Origin: Candidatus Fervidifonticultor sextus
GTDB lineage: Bacteria > Sysuimicrobiota > Sysuimicrobiia > Sysuimicrobiales > Humicultoraceae
DNA length: 64,000 nt
Reading direction: 5' to 3'
NCBI GenBank assembly: GCA_031459875.1
Contig: JAVKHQ010000002.1
Location: 32,001 to 96,000 of the forward strand
Positions 47,883 to 60,360 of the stretch are shown in pieces (the first letter of the stretch is position 1; each line of letters starts with the position of its first letter). The notes beneath the pieces are model-generated. The model was not told the origin of the DNA. It saw only the letters and a list, made by a program, of their open reading frames with translations, and did not search any database. A program made the translations under genes and the position numbers.

Positions 47883-48989
47883 ATGAGGATCGTAGAGATC
47901 GCGGTCTTCGGCTACGACCTGCACTACGTCCACGGCGACTACGTGATGTCCGGGGGACGCACCGTGCGCGCGCTGCCCTCCACCGTGACCAGGGTGACGA
48001 CCGACGAGGGGGTCGTCGGGTGGGGGGAGACGTGTCCGCTGGGGCAGACCTACCTGCCGGCCTTCGCCGGGGGCGCCCGGGCGGCCCTGCGCGAACTGGC
48101 GCCGGCGCTGGTGGGCGCCGACCCCTGCAACCTGGCCGAGGTGCACCGGCGGCTCGACGGCGCCCTGGCTGGCTTCGGCTACGCGAAGAGCCCGCTGGAG
48201 ATCGCCTGCTGGGACATCTTCGGCCGGGCGAGCGGCCAGCCGCTCTACACGCTGCTGGGCGGGCAGCGGCAGGCGCGCTACCCGCTCTACGTGGCGGTGC
48301 CTCTGGGCAGCGCCGAGGCGATGGTGGCGTACGTGCGCGCGCGGCAGGCCGAGGGCATCCACCGCTTCCAGTTGAAGGTCGGCGCCGATCCGCGCGACGA
48401 TGCCGAGCGCGTCCGACGGGTGGTGGAGGCCACGGGCGACGACGACCTCGTCATCGCGGACGCCAACGGCGGATGGCGCCTGCAGGATGCGGTGGTCGCC
48501 GCACGCCTGCTGGAGCCGCTGCCCCGCGTGTTCCTGGAGCAGCCGTGTCCGACGCTGGAGGAGTGCGCTGCGGTCAGGAGGGTGACGACGCTGCCGATGG
48601 TCTACGACGAGGTCGTCACCGACGTCCCCTCGCTGCTGGCCGCCGTCCAGGTCGGCGGGGCCAGCGCGGTCAACCTCAAGATCAGCCGGGTCGGCGGGCT
48701 GAGCCGGGCCCGGGTGCTGTGCGACCTCGCTCAGGCGCTGGGCCTGTCGGTGACGATCGAGGACACCTGGGGCGGGGACGTCACCACGGCGGCGGTCAGC
48801 CACCTGGCGGCCACGGTGGCGCCCGAGGCCCTCTTCACCGTCTCCTTCATGAACGACTGGACGGCAGAGCACATCGCCGGCCACCAGCCGCGCTCCCACC
48901 AGGGCGTCGGCGGGCCGAACCCGGGGCCGGGGCTGGGCATCGAGGTGGACGTCGAGGCCCTCGGGCCGCCGCTGTTCACCTGTCGGTAG
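47883..48989 (+). CDS. Enolase superfamily (mandelate racemase/MLE) enzyme, proline-betaine/hydroxyproline epimerase-dehydratase-like
   Basis: GWGETCPLG..YLP, FQLKVG, DANGGW, LEQPC, DE, NLKISRVGG, EDTWGG. Confidence 0.85.
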   Translation: MRIVEIAVFGYDLHYVHGDYVMSGGRTVRALPSTVTRVTTDEGVVGWGETCPLGQTYLPAFAGGARAALRELAPALVGADPCNLAEVHRRLDGALAGFGYAKSPLEIACWDIFGRASGQPLYTLLGGQRQARYPLYVAVPLGSAEAMVAYVRARQAEGIHRFQLKVGADPRDDAERVRRVVEATGDDDLVIADANGGWRLQDAVVAARLLEPLPRVFLEQPCPTLEECAAVRRVTTLPMVYDEVVTDVPSLLAAVQVGGASAVNLKISRVGGLSRARVLCDLAQALGLSVTIEDTWGGDVTTAAVSHLAATVAPEALFTVSFMNDWTAEHIAGHQPRSHQGVGGPNPGPGLGIEVDVEALGPPLFTCR

Positions 48990-49043
48990 GGGAAGAGGGA
49001 GCCGGTCCGGTGCCAGCGAATCCGGCGTCTCGAGGAGTCAGGG

Positions 49044-49856
49044 ATGCATCCTCCTGCCTACTGGCGGGGCGAGATCAGAGCGGGCCGCTGGCGAAATCCG
49101 ACCGCCGGGCTGGCGCCCGGCTACCTCCAGGCCAATCTGGTGGTCGTCCCGCAGGCTGCGGCGGCGGCGTTCCGTCTGTTCTGTGCACGCAACCCCAAAC
49201 CGTGCCCGCTGCTGGAGGTCACCGCGCCCGGTGACCCGGAGCCGCGCGCCACCGCCCCCGGTGCCGACCTGCGCACCGACGTCCCCCGCTATCGGATCTA
49301 CTGCGACGGAGAGTTGGTCGAGGAGCGCGACGACCTCACTGACCTCTGGCGGCCGGACCTCGTCGCGTTCCTGCTGGGCTGCTCGTTCACCTTCGAGGAC
49401 GCGCTGCAGCGCGCGGGCCTGCCGATCCGTCACCTCGAGTGCGGCTGCAACGTGCCGATGTACGTCACCAACCGACCGTGCCATCCGGTCGGGCCGTTTG
49501 CCGGACCGCTGGTGGTCAGCATGCGGCCGTTTGCCGCCGAGGACGTCCCACGGGTGGTGGAGATCACTGGCCGCTATCCGCTCGCGCACGGGGCCCCGGT
49601 GCACGTCGGCGACCCCGGGGCGCTGGGCATCGAGGACCTCAACAGCCCGGACTACGGGGATCCGGTGCCGGTGGCCCCCGGGGAGGTGCCGGTGTTCTGG
49701 GCGTGCGGCGTGACCCCCCAGGCGGTGGCCCGGGCGGCCCGGCTCCCGGTGATGCTCACCCACGCGCCGGGGCACATGTTCATCACCGATGTGGATGCCA
49801 AGGAGGCGCATGTCTTCGAGACCACCCCTGCCAGGGGATCGGGGAGGGAGCCATGA
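49044..49856 (+). CDS. DUF1445 putative hydro-lyase (D-glutamate cyclase/YcsI-like)
   Basis: [47 protein letters not shown]. Confidence 0.92.
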   Translation: MHPPAYWRGEIRAGRWRNPTAGLAPGYLQANLVVVPQAAAAAFRLFCARNPKPCPLLEVTAPGDPEPRATAPGADLRTDVPRYRIYCDGELVEERDDLTDLWRPDLVAFLLGCSFTFEDALQRAGLPIRHLECGCNVPMYVTNRPCHPVGPFAGPLVVSMRPFAAEDVPRVVEITGRYPLAHGAPVHVGDPGALGIEDLNSPDYGDPVPVAPGEVPVFWACGVTPQAVARAARLPVMLTHAPGHMFITDVDAKEAHVFETTPARGSGREP

Positions 49857-51139
49857 TGACACGGATCTCTCGACGCAGGTTCCTGCAATACTCGGGCGCC
49901 GGAGTGGGGGCGCTGGTCCTGGGAGACCGGCTGGCGGGAATGCTGGCGGCCCAGGAACCGACGGTGGCTGTCGGCGCGGTCTACCCGCTCACCGGCGCGC
50001 TGGCACGCATCGGCGCGGCGATTCGCAACGGCATCGAACTGGCGGCCGAGATCGTGAACACCCCGCACCCGGACCTGACGCTGCCGCTGGCGGCCGCCTC
50101 GGGACTGCCCAGGCTGGGCAACCGGAAGATCCGCCTCATCTGGGGCGACTCGCGCGGCGACCCGGCCACCGGGCGCGCCGAGGCCGAGCGGCTCATCGAG
50201 CGGGAGCGCGTGGTGGCGCTGATCGGCTCCTACCAGAGCGCGGTGACGGCCACCGCGAGCCTGGCGGCCGAGGCGAAGGGCATTCCCTTCCTCAACCCCG
50301 AATCGTCGTCGCCCCGGCTCACCGAGCGGGGCTTCAAGTGGTTCTTCCGCACGGGTCCCCACGACACTACCTTCACCAAACTGTTCTTCGACCTGATGGA
50401 GGACTTGAAGCGGCGCGGGCACCGGATCACCCGGGTGGCCGTCCTGGCCGAGGATACCGAGTTCGGGGCCACCGCCGCCGGTGTGGCGGAGGGGTTTGCC
50501 CGGGTCTACCGGTACGACCTCGTCGGCAAGGAACTGTACACCTCGCCCCCGGCCAGCCTGACCGCCGAGTTCCTGCGGCTGCGCGCCCAGAACCCGGACG
50601 TGATCATCGGCGCCAACTATCTGGTGGACGCCATCCAGATCGTCCGGACGCTGAAGGAGATGCGCTGGTTCCCCCAGGGCTTCATGGTCCACGCCGGCTT
50701 CACCACCGTGCCCGACTTCCTCCAGGCCGCCGGCAGGGACGGGTGGTACTTCCTGGCCCGCGCGCCGTGGGCGCTGGGCATCGGGCGGCGCAAGCCGCTG
50801 GTGGCCCGCGTCAACGACCTCTACAGGCGGAAGTACGGCTCGGACATGGACGAGGTCGTCGCGCGTGCCTTCACCGGCATGCTGTGCCTGGCGGATGCCA
50901 TCAACCGCGCCGGCGGGACCGCGCCGGCCGCGATCCAGAAGGCCCTCCAGGAAACCAGCATTCCGGGCGCGCAGCTCATCATGCCGTGGGAGGGCATCGA
51001 GTTCGACGGCCGGGGCCAGAACAAGCACGCCGCCGGGCTCATGGTCCAGATCCTGGACGGCGACTACAAGGTGGTGTGGCCGTTCGAGATCGCCGAGGCT
51101 CCGATCGTCTGGCCGGCCCCCCCGTGGGACCGGCGCTAG
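49853..51139 (+). CDS. Branched-chain amino acid-type ABC substrate-binding protein (Tat signal)
   Basis: [32 protein letters not shown]. Confidence 0.92.
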   Translation: MMTRISRRRFLQYSGAGVGALVLGDRLAGMLAAQEPTVAVGAVYPLTGALARIGAAIRNGIELAAEIVNTPHPDLTLPLAAASGLPRLGNRKIRLIWGDSRGDPATGRAEAERLIERERVVALIGSYQSAVTATASLAAEAKGIPFLNPESSSPRLTERGFKWFFRTGPHDTTFTKLFFDLMEDLKRRGHRITRVAVLAEDTEFGATAAGVAEGFARVYRYDLVGKELYTSPPASLTAEFLRLRAQNPDVIIGANYLVDAIQIVRTLKEMRWFPQGFMVHAGFTTVPDFLQAAGRDGWYFLARAPWALGIGRRKPLVARVNDLYRRKYGSDMDEVVARAFTGMLCLADAINRAGGTAPAAIQKALQETSIPGAQLIMPWEGIEFDGRGQNKHAAGLMVQILDGDYKVVWPFEIAEAPIVWPAPPWDRR

Positions 51140-51202
51140 ACCACCCCGGGGGGACCCGCCGGGCGGGTGCCCCCGGGCCCCGGGTCAGGTAGGGCCCATC
51201 CG

Positions 51203-52066
51203 GTGGACCTCTTCTTCCACGCGGCGGTCAATGGGGTGGTCCTGGGGCTCGTCTACGCCCTGGTGGCGCTGGGCCTGTCCTTCATCTGGGGCGTCATGGA
51301 CGTGGTGAACTTGGCCCACGCCGAGTACCTGATGCTGGCGCTGTACGCCACCTACTGGCTGTGGGCGCTGGGCCGCGTGGATCCCGCCCTGGCGGTGCCG
51401 GTGGTGGTCCCGCTGTTCTTCCTCCTCGGGTGGCTCACCTACCGCCTGCTGGTCCGCCATCTCCTGCGGGCGCCGCTCGCCACGCAGATCTTCGCGACGT
51501 TCGGCCTCCTCTTCTTCCTCAGGTACTCGGCCTTTGCGGCGTTCGGCCCCAACGTGCGCGGGGCGCTGGAGGTCGCCGCGCCTGCCAGCCTCAGCCTGCT
51601 CGGCGTCCCGATCGCGGCGCCGAAACTGGTCGCCGCCGTCGTCTCGCTGGCCGCGTTTGGCGCCCTGGCGCTGTTCCTGCGCCGCACGAAGACCGGCCGG
51701 GCCCTGCAGGCGGTCGCCCAGAACCGCGACGTGGCCCTCGCGCTGGGCATCCCGGCGGACCGCATGTACGCGCTGGCGTGGGGGATTGGCATCGCCAGCG
51801 TGGCGCTGGCCGGCGTGCTGCTCTTCCCCTTCTACCAGGTGTCGCCCACGATCGGCGATGCGTTCCTGCTCATCGCCTTTGCCAGCGTCGTGCTGGGTGG
51901 GTTCGGCCGGGTGGATGGAGCGCTGGTCGGCGGAATCTGCATCGGGCTGGTGGAGAATGTGCTGGGCACCCTCCTGCTGCCCACGTTCAAGCTGCTGTTC
52001 GTGTTCGCCGTCTTCGTGCTGATCCTGCTGGTCCGGCCCGAAGGCCTGGTGGGCGAGCCACAGTAA
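51203..52066 (+). CDS. LivH-like ABC permease
   Basis: ALGLSFIWGVMDVVNLAH, TGRALQAVAQN, VLGGFG. Confidence 0.9.
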   Translation: MDLFFHAAVNGVVLGLVYALVALGLSFIWGVMDVVNLAHAEYLMLALYATYWLWALGRVDPALAVPVVVPLFFLLGWLTYRLLVRHLLRAPLATQIFATFGLLFFLRYSAFAAFGPNVRGALEVAAPASLSLLGVPIAAPKLVAAVVSLAAFGALALFLRRTKTGRALQAVAQNRDVALALGIPADRMYALAWGIGIASVALAGVLLFPFYQVSPTIGDAFLLIAFASVVLGGFGRVDGALVGGICIGLVENVLGTLLLPTFKLLFVFAVFVLILLVRPEGLVGEPQ

Positions 52067-52082
52067 CCGGGCACTGACAGGG

Positions 52083-52115
52083 CGGCGGTGACGGACCGGC
52101 GGTGACGGACCGGCG

Positions 52116-52120
<5 letters not shown>
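52083..52120 (+). repeat. 14-bp tandem repeat CGGCGGTGACGGAC x2.7 ending in the GTG start of livM
   Basis: Directly visible. Confidence 0.85.
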
Positions 52121-53878
<1,758 letters not shown>

Positions 53879-53882
<4 letters not shown>

Positions 53883-54640
53883 GCGGTAACCCCACACCCA
53901 CCACGTCGCCTGCCGGGCGTGCGGACGGCGTCCTGCTGGAACTCGCCGACGTCCACGCCGGCTACGACCGCCGGGAGGTGATCCGCGGGGTCAGCCTGCA
54001 CGTGCGCGCGGCGGAGATCGTCGCCATGATCGGCCCCAACGGCGCCGGCAAGTCCACGCTGCTCAAGACGGTCTTCGGCTTCCTCGTCCCATCGGCCGGC
54101 GAGATCCGCTTTGCCGGCGAGCCTATTGGGGGGCGCACGCCGCCCGAGGTGCTCCGTCGCGGCATCTGCTACGTGATGCAGGGCTACAGCATCCTGCCCA
54201 ACCTCACGGTGGAGGAGAACCTGGAGTTGGGCGCCTACATCCGCAGCGACCGCCGCGTGCGGGAGGACGTGGCGCGGGTGCTGGACCTCTTCCCGGTCCT
54301 CCGGGAGCGACGCCGGCAGCGGGCGCGCGTGCTCTCCGGCGGCGAGCGGCGGATGCTGGAGTTGGCCCGCGTCCTGCTGCTGGCCCCCCGGCTGGTGCTT
54401 CTCGATGAACCGACCATCGGCCTGGCGCCCCGGGTCATCGACGAGGTGTACGGGATCGTGCACGACCTGCGCGCCCGCGGCATCGCGCTATTTATCGTCG
54501 AGCAGAACGCCCGAACCGCCCTGCGCCACGCCGACCGCGCCTACGTGCTGGAGCAGGGGCGCGTGCGGTTCGAGGGCAGCGGGGAGGAAATCCTGCACCA
54601 CCCGGAGGTCCAGCAGGCCTACCTGGGCCTGCAGCGGTAG
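53879..54640 (+). CDS. LivF-like ABC ATPase
   Basis: GPNGAGKST, LSGGE, LDEPTIGLAP, EQNA. Confidence 0.92.
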
Positions 54641-54705
54641 CCCGGGCGACGGCCCGCCGTCTGCCTCGGGCAACAGACGCGCGGGCCGAGCGAGCGGCGC
54701 ATCCC

Positions 54706-55581
54706 TCAGCCGGCCACCTCGGCCAGCCCGTCCTGGATCACGGCCTTGCCCGCGGGATTGCGCGTCTCAAACCCGTAGACGCTGCGGCCCTCGTGCTCCC
54801 CGGCTGGCCAGAGGTAGGTGGTGATCGTCTGGCCCGGGAGTACCGGCCGGGCGAAGCGCACCGCGAGGCGCACCAGCCGGGAGGGGTCGTTCTGGCAGGC
54901 GTGTTCGATGAGGACGCGGCCGACGAACGCCATGGTGCACATGCCGTGGACGATGATGCCCGGCAGGCCCACCGACCGGGCGACGTCGGGGTCCAGGTGA
55001 ATCGGGTTCCGGTCGCCGGACGCCTCGGCATACCGGTAGGTCTGGTCTCCATCGAGCGTCTGAGAAACAGCCACGATGCGCCCGGCGGCCTCCGCCTGGG
55101 CCTTGGCCTCGGGCGGTATCCGGTGATCGGGCGCCATCTCGCCGGCGGCCTGGCCCCTGAACCTGCGGCGGAAGACGAGCGTGACGTAGGTCTCGTTGAG
55201 CAGGTCGCCGTGGACATCGCGCGTCCGCGTCTTGATCACCACCGTCGTCCCGAAGACCCCGGGGTGGACGCCGACCGGCGCCGCCTGTGTGCGCAGCACC
55301 ATCCCGGGCACAATGGGCCGGTAGATGCGCACGTCCTGACCGCCGTGGAGCCCCCACCGGCGGTCCTCCCGGGCAATCAGCCGATCCACAACCCGGTCGA
55401 TGTGCTCGCCGATGGGCACGCCGGCGAACAGAGGCGGCGCCACCATTCCGGCCGCATGCAGGGGGTGGACATCGTTCGTAGCAGCCGCGTAGGCTCTGAC
55501 GTGCTCCACCTCCACGGTGAAGGGGCGTTCTTCGGTCCACTCCCCCAACCGGTCCAGTTCAACGTGAAGCGTCTCCGTCAT
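54706..55581 (-). CDS. Double hot-dog MaoC-family (R)-hydratase/dehydratase
   Basis: YAAATND, LHGGQ, YAEASGDRNPIHLD, IVHGM. Confidence 0.9.
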   Translation of the reverse strand: MTETLHVELDRLGEWTEERPFTVEVEHVRAYAAATNDVHPLHAAGMVAPPLFAGVPIGEHIDRVVDRLIAREDRRWGLHGGQDVRIYRPIVPGMVLRTQAAPVGVHPGVFGTTVVIKTRTRDVHGDLLNETYVTLVFRRRFRGQAAGEMAPDHRIPPEAKAQAEAAGRIVAVSQTLDGDQTYRYAEASGDRNPIHLDPDVARSVGLPGIIVHGMCTMAFVGRVLIEHACQNDPSRLVRLAVRFARPVLPGQTITTYLWPAGEHEGRSVYGFETRNPAGKAVIQDGLAEVAG

Positions 55582-55696
55582 TTCCTGACCCCTGCGCCGA
55601 CAACTTCCGGGACGGCCGGATGCCTTCTCCTGGGTGCCCGGATTCCCGTCCGGAGGTCGCGCCCACCCCTTTCGGGCCGTGTCGTATAATCCCTCC

Positions 55697-56431
55697 GTGG
55701 CCGCGCTTCCGCCGCTGCGAGGCGTCATCTTCGACCTCGGCGGGACGCTCATCTACCCGACCACGACCGACGAGCACGGCATCCGCTCGCTCGCGGCCTG
55801 GCTGCGTGCGCAGGGGTGGCCGGCGGATGTGGAGGACGCCATCCGCCAGGCGCGGCGCTGGGTCCTGGCGATGACCGCGCAGACCGGCCGGCAACACACC
55901 ATGGCGGAGGGGATCCGACAGGCGCTGGCTCGCTGCGGCCGGCCTGCGCCCGACGACGGGTTCGTCCACGAAGCAGAGCAGGTTTTCTTCGGACCCGAAC
56001 TGGCCGGGTACCGCCCCTTCCCCCACGCCCACGAACTGCTGCGGCGCCTGCAGGCGGCAGGACTGCGGACGGGCTGCATCTCCAACGCCACGTCGCACTG
56101 GCTGGTCGAGCGCATCGTGGATCAGATGGGATTCCGCCCCTACCTGGACCCCGTGGTCTCCTCGGCGGCGTTCGGGCGGACGAAGCCCGATCCGCACATC
56201 TTCCGATCGGTCCTCGACCGGTGGGGCATCCCGCCGCAAGAGGCCGCCATGGTCGGCGACACGCTGGCCGCCGACATCGCCGGCGGCGCAGCGGCGGGCA
56301 TGCGGACCCTCTACGTCACCATGCAGCCGCACCCCGGCAACGCCCGGTCCGCCGACGTCCGGGCCGACGCGGAGGCGGCGACGCTGGAGGAGGCGGAGCG
56401 AATCCTGCTGGAGTGGGCGGGGAGGGGCTAG
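55697..56431 (+). CDS. HAD-superfamily hydrolase, probably leaderless
   Basis: FDLGGTL, ISNA, KPDPHIF, VGDTLAADI; TATAAT at 55685-55690, 6 nt before GTG. Confidence 0.88.
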   Translation: MAALPPLRGVIFDLGGTLIYPTTTDEHGIRSLAAWLRAQGWPADVEDAIRQARRWVLAMTAQTGRQHTMAEGIRQALARCGRPAPDDGFVHEAEQVFFGPELAGYRPFPHAHELLRRLQAAGLRTGCISNATSHWLVERIVDQMGFRPYLDPVVSSAAFGRTKPDPHIFRSVLDRWGIPPQEAAMVGDTLAADIAGGAAAGMRTLYVTMQPHPGNARSADVRADAEAATLEEAERILLEWAGRG

Positions 56432-56901
56432 CCGCCCCGGGCGACATCAATGAGACGCTGCAGCGCCGCCAGCGCGTCGTCCAGCCGGTCGGCGGGAACC
56501 AGCAGGTGGTCGTGGTGGAACGACGAGAGCACCCGTGCTTCAATGCCCGCCTCGGCCAGGGCGGCGGTGACGACCGTGAGGTAGGAGGCTGTGATCAGGT
56601 CCACCGTCGCCTCCAGGGTGACGAGCCGGTAGCCGCCCTCCTCCCGGGCCCCCCGGAACTTCGCGCGCACGCGCGCCCACTCGTCCTCGGCGAGGACAAT
56701 GGTCTGCTCGTGGGGGAAGAACTGCACGAAGAAGGGGGCGTGCACCTCGGCCATGGCCTTGCGCATGCTGACCTCGTAGAACGGGGAGACCCCGACGACC
56801 ACAAACCCCCGGGGATCGATCCGCAGCGCCGTCGCGGCCAGCAGCCGGGCGATCTCGGGATCTGTCGGCACGGGATCCGTCTGATGGGGATCCATCGCCA
56901 A
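56428..56901 (-). CDS. ACT-domain protein (CASTOR/ACT_7-like)
   Basis: YRLVTL, ALAEAGI, SSFHHDHLLVP. Confidence 0.75.
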   Translation of the reverse strand: MAMDPHQTDPVPTDPEIARLLAATALRIDPRGFVVVGVSPFYEVSMRKAMAEVHAPFFVQFFPHEQTIVLAEDEWARVRAKFRGAREEGGYRLVTLEATVDLITASYLTVVTAALAEAGIEARVLSSFHHDHLLVPADRLDDALAALQRLIDVARGG

Positions 56902-56908
56902 AGGGCGG

Positions 56909-58087
56909 TCAGGCGACGGCCCGCAGCGCCTGATCGAAGTCGGCGATCAGGTCGTCGGCGTCTTCCAGGCCCACCGACACGCGGATCAGGCCCTCGGTGA
57001 TCCCCACCTGTTCCTGCTCGGCCCTGGGGATCCCGATGCTGGTGGTGGACGCGGGATGCGTGACCAGCGTCTCGACCCCGCCCAGGCTGACGGCCAGCAG
57101 GCAGAGGCGCAGGGACTCCACGCAGCGCACGCCGGCTGCGAAACCGCCGCGCACCTCGAAGGACAGCATGCCGCCGAAGCCGCGCATCTGACGCGAGGCG
57201 ACGGCGTGGTGAGGGTGGGTGGGGAGCCCCGGATAGTGCACCGCCGCGACCCGGGGGTGGCCGGCCAGGAACTCCGCCAGCCGCCGGGCGTTCTGGTTGT
57301 GCCGCTCGACCCGCAGTCCCAGCGTCTTGAGGCCGCGCAGGAGCAACCAGGCGGCGAACGGATCGAGCACCGGCCCCAGGATGCGCAGTGTCCGGACGCA
57401 CCGGCGGATCAGGTCGTGCCGGCCGACGATCACGCCGGCGGTGACGTCCGCATGCCCGCCCAGGTACTTGGTCGCGCTGTGCACGACCAGGTCGACGCCC
57501 AGCGCCAGCGGCGTCTGGTTGAAGGGCGAGGCGAAGGTGTTGTCCGCGATGGTCACCGCGCCGACCCGCCGCGCGAGGGCCACCACAGCGGCGATGTCGG
57601 TCACCTGGATCAGCGGATTGTTGGGCGTCTCGATGTAGAGCAGCCGCGTGGTCGGCCGCAGCGCCCGCTCGTACGCGGCGGCGTCCACCGAGTCGATCAG
57701 CGTGACCTCCACCCCCCGCCCGGGGAGGATCTCCGTGAACAACTCGTAGGTCGCCTGATACACGGCGCGCGGAGAGACCACGTGGGTGCCCGGTTCGGTG
57801 ACCGCAAGCACCGCGGTGGAGATCGCGCCCATCCCGGAGGCGGCCGCCAGGGCGTCCTCCCCGCCCTCCAGCAGCGCCATCCGTTCTTCGAACAGGCGCG
57901 TGGTGGGGTTGCCCCACCGCGTGTAGTACCACCCCTCGCCCCGGTCGGCGCCCAGGGCGGCGCCCTGCGCCATGGTGTCGAACCGGAATGTAGAGGTCTG
58001 GTAGATGGGGAGACTGACCGACTTCAAGGGATCTCGCACCGTCCCGCCGTGGATGGCACGGGTCTGAAAGCCCTGGAACTCGCCCAT
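56909..58087 (-). CDS. Cys/Met metabolism PLP enzyme (methionine/cystathionine gamma-lyase family)
   Basis: PIYQTSTF, YTRWGNPT, SGMGA, ETPNNP, DNTF, HSATKYLGGH, SLGGVETL. Confidence 0.93.
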   Translation of the reverse strand: MGEFQGFQTRAIHGGTVRDPLKSVSLPIYQTSTFRFDTMAQGAALGADRGEGWYYTRWGNPTTRLFEERMALLEGGEDALAAASGMGAISTAVLAVTEPGTHVVSPRAVYQATYELFTEILPGRGVEVTLIDSVDAAAYERALRPTTRLLYIETPNNPLIQVTDIAAVVALARRVGAVTIADNTFASPFNQTPLALGVDLVVHSATKYLGGHADVTAGVIVGRHDLIRRCVRTLRILGPVLDPFAAWLLLRGLKTLGLRVERHNQNARRLAEFLAGHPRVAAVHYPGLPTHPHHAVASRQMRGFGGMLSFEVRGGFAAGVRCVESLRLCLLAVSLGGVETLVTHPASTTSIGIPRAEQEQVGITEGLIRVSVGLEDADDLIADFDQALRAVA

Positions 58088-58216
58088 GGTCCTGCCTCCG
58101 AGGGAGTGCAACATGGCCCCATCGTGGTTCAGTCCTGCGGCGCGATTCCCTGCCGGAGGCACCGGACCCCGCAGAGCACGGAGGGGCATCCGTCGGCGCC
58201 TCCGAAGCATGGGGTG

Positions 58217-58849
58217 GTGACCCGCATCCTCCTCGTCCGGCACGGCCAGACCGAATGGAACCGCCAGGAGATCTTCCGCGGGCGGGCAGACGTACCCCCA
58301 AGTGAACTCGGGGTCAGGCAGGCGATGGCCGTGGCGGCGCGCCTCGCCAGCGAGGAGATCTCGGGTGTCTACTCCAGCCCGCTCCGCCGGGCGATGGTCA
58401 CGGCACACCATGTGGCCGCCGCCGCGGGCCTTGCGCCTCGGGCCGTCGAGGACCTGACGGACATGAGCTACGGGGCCTGGGAGGGGCAGCCCCACGACCG
58501 GGTCAGAGCGCGATACCCCGACCTCTACGCCCGCTGGCTCTCCGAGCCTCATCGGGTGCGGCCGCCGGAAGGCGAGACGCTCGCCGAAGTCCGCCGGCGG
58601 GCGACCGACGCGGTGCACCGCATCGCCGCCGACCATCCGAACGCCACCGTCGCCGTGGTGTCGCATCGCGTGGTCAACAAGGTGCTGCTCTGCGCGACCC
58701 TCGGTCTTGGGGACGATGCCTTCTGGCGGATCCGGCAGGAGACCGGCTGTCTGAACGTCCTGGAGTGGACCGGGGATCCTCCCAGGGTCCTGCTGGTCAA
58801 CGACGTCTGCCACCTGCGGGGGCTGGAGCGGGACCGATCCGACTTTTGA
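58217..58849 (+). CDS. Histidine phosphatase family protein
   Basis: LVRHGQTEWN, SSPLRRA, YGAWEG, VSH. Confidence 0.92.
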   Translation: MTRILLVRHGQTEWNRQEIFRGRADVPPSELGVRQAMAVAARLASEEISGVYSSPLRRAMVTAHHVAAAAGLAPRAVEDLTDMSYGAWEGQPHDRVRARYPDLYARWLSEPHRVRPPEGETLAEVRRRATDAVHRIAADHPNATVAVVSHRVVNKVLLCATLGLGDDAFWRIRQETGCLNVLEWTGDPPRVLLVNDVCHLRGLERDRSDF

Positions 58850-58868
58850 GGAACGACGGCCTCTCGCA

Positions 58869-58897
58869 TTGACAGGGCGGCGTGGCCTGGGTACCAT
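58869..58897 (+). promoter_or_regulatory. Sigma-70 promoter TTGACA-17-TACCAT
   Basis: Upstream of fluoride riboswitch 1. Confidence 0.75.
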
Positions 58898-58914
58898 GAG
58901 CACGAACTGCATGA

Positions 58915-58961
58915 GGCGATGAGGCTCGCCCCAACTGCCGTCACCGGCTGATAGCCTCTAC
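58915..58961 (+). ncRNA. Fluoride (crcB) riboswitch 1
   Basis: GGCGATGAGGCTCGCC-CCAACTGCC-GTCACC-GGCTGATAGCCTCTAC; GAGGC/GCCTC pseudoknot pairing. Confidence 0.9.
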
Positions 58962-58987
58962 CCGAGCGGGTAGGGGCGATTTCTTTT
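58954..58987 (+). terminator. Riboswitch expression-platform intrinsic terminator
   Basis: GCCTCTACCC-GAGC-GGGTAGGGGC followed by GATTTCTTTT; overlaps aptamer 3' end. Confidence 0.75.
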
Positions 58988-59030
58988 CCGCCGACCGCCC
59001 AACCGGATTCCAACAATCACGGGGGATCCC

Positions 59031-59918
59031 ATGACCGACACCTGGACCGCGATGCTGATGGGGATGCTCATCTTCGCGGCGGCGCTCGTCTCCGTCGAGG
59101 TCGGGATCTCGGTGGCGCTCATCGAGATCATGGTGGGCGTGCTCGCCGGCAACATCCTGGGGCTGCACACGACTCCCTGGATCGACTTCCTGGCCGGCCT
59201 CGGCGGCATCGTCCTGACCTTCCTGGCCGGGGCTGAGGTCGATACCGACATGCTGCGGGAGCAGTTCACAGCCAGCCTCTGGGTCGGCGGGCTCTCGTTC
59301 CTGCTGCCGTTCCTGGCGGCCTGGGGGTTCGCCCTGTGGGTGCTGGACTGGACGCCGTCGGCCTCCAGACTCGCCGGGGTCGCGCTCTCGACGACCTCGC
59401 TGGCGGTGGTCTATGCCGTGCTGGTCGAGACCGGCCTGACCCAGACGCCGCTGGGCAAACTGATCATGGCCAGCACCTTCATCACCGACTTCGGTACGGC
59501 CGCGGCGTTGAGCATCCTGTTCGCCCGGCCGACGCCGTGGATCCTGGCATTCCTGGCAGTCTCGGCGGTCATCATCGCGGCCATGCCGCGGCTGCAGCCC
59601 TGGTTCTTCCGGCGGTACGGCAACCGGATCATCGAACCCGAAATCAAGGGGGCGTTCGCCGCCCTGCTGGTGTTGTACACCACCCTCCTGATGAGCACCG
59701 GTCTGACCTTCGGGACGATCTCGTCCCTCTACGGCCTTCACGCGGGGATCATCGACCGGACGCAGTTCTCGCTGTTGGTGACCGCGGTCATCCTGAGCGC
59801 GGTGGTGCCGACGGTCATCGCCCAGCGCGTCTGCGATCCGCGGCGAGCAGGCCTCCGGCCGCAGCCTGCGCCCGCTGTAAGGTTCGCACCGTCAATGGAA
59901 GGCGGGGAGGACTCATGA
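59031..59918 (+). CDS. Cation:proton antiporter (CPA2), apparently with in-frame internal deletion
   Basis: LTFLAGAE, STTSLAVVY, FITD, EPEIK, TTLLMSTGLTFGTIS; only 295 aa. Confidence 0.8.
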   Translation: MTDTWTAMLMGMLIFAAALVSVEVGISVALIEIMVGVLAGNILGLHTTPWIDFLAGLGGIVLTFLAGAEVDTDMLREQFTASLWVGGLSFLLPFLAAWGFALWVLDWTPSASRLAGVALSTTSLAVVYAVLVETGLTQTPLGKLIMASTFITDFGTAAALSILFARPTPWILAFLAVSAVIIAAMPRLQPWFFRRYGNRIIEPEIKGAFAALLVLYTTLLMSTGLTFGTISSLYGLHAGIIDRTQFSLLVTAVILSAVVPTVIAQRVCDPRRAGLRPQPAPAVRFAPSMEGGEDS

Positions 59919-60355
59919 TCAGGCACATCCTTGTGGCGCACGACGGCTCCGAGGAAGCCCGGCGGGCCGTCGAGGTAGGGGTGGACCTGGCCCTGCGCTA
60001 CGGCGCCAGGGCGACGCTGCTCACGGTCATCCAGCACCCGGCCTACGCGGCGACGGTCGGAGAGGTCCAGGAGGCCGACACCGAGAAGCGGACCTTCGCG
60101 GAGCGCCTCCAGCGGGAGGCGATCGAGGCGGCCCGGCTGCGCGGTCTGGACATGGCGGCAGCGGTCGTGCCGGGGCACCCGGCGGAGGCCATCGTGGACT
60201 ACGCCCAGAGCCACGACGTGGACCTCATCGTGATGGGACACCGCGGCATGTCGAACCTGCGCCGCATTCTGGTCGGCAGCGTCGCGGACCGGGTTGTCGA
60301 CCACGCCCCGTGCATGATCCTGGTCGTCCCGCGCGGGAGGCACCGTCGAGGGTAG
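59915..60355 (+). CDS. Universal stress protein
   Basis: ILVAHDGS, GHPAEAI, DLIVMGHRG, GSVADRVV. Confidence 0.93.
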   Translation: MIRHILVAHDGSEEARRAVEVGVDLALRYGARATLLTVIQHPAYAATVGEVQEADTEKRTFAERLQREAIEAARLRGLDMAAAVVPGHPAEAIVDYAQSHDVDLIVMGHRGMSNLRRILVGSVADRVVDHAPCMILVVPRGRHRRG

Positions 60356-60360
60356 AAGAC

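Noticed and set aside
51145..51178. GC-rich hairpin after the SBP gene as a terminator
   Set aside because: No U-tract; more likely an mRNA-stabilising stem inside the ABC operon
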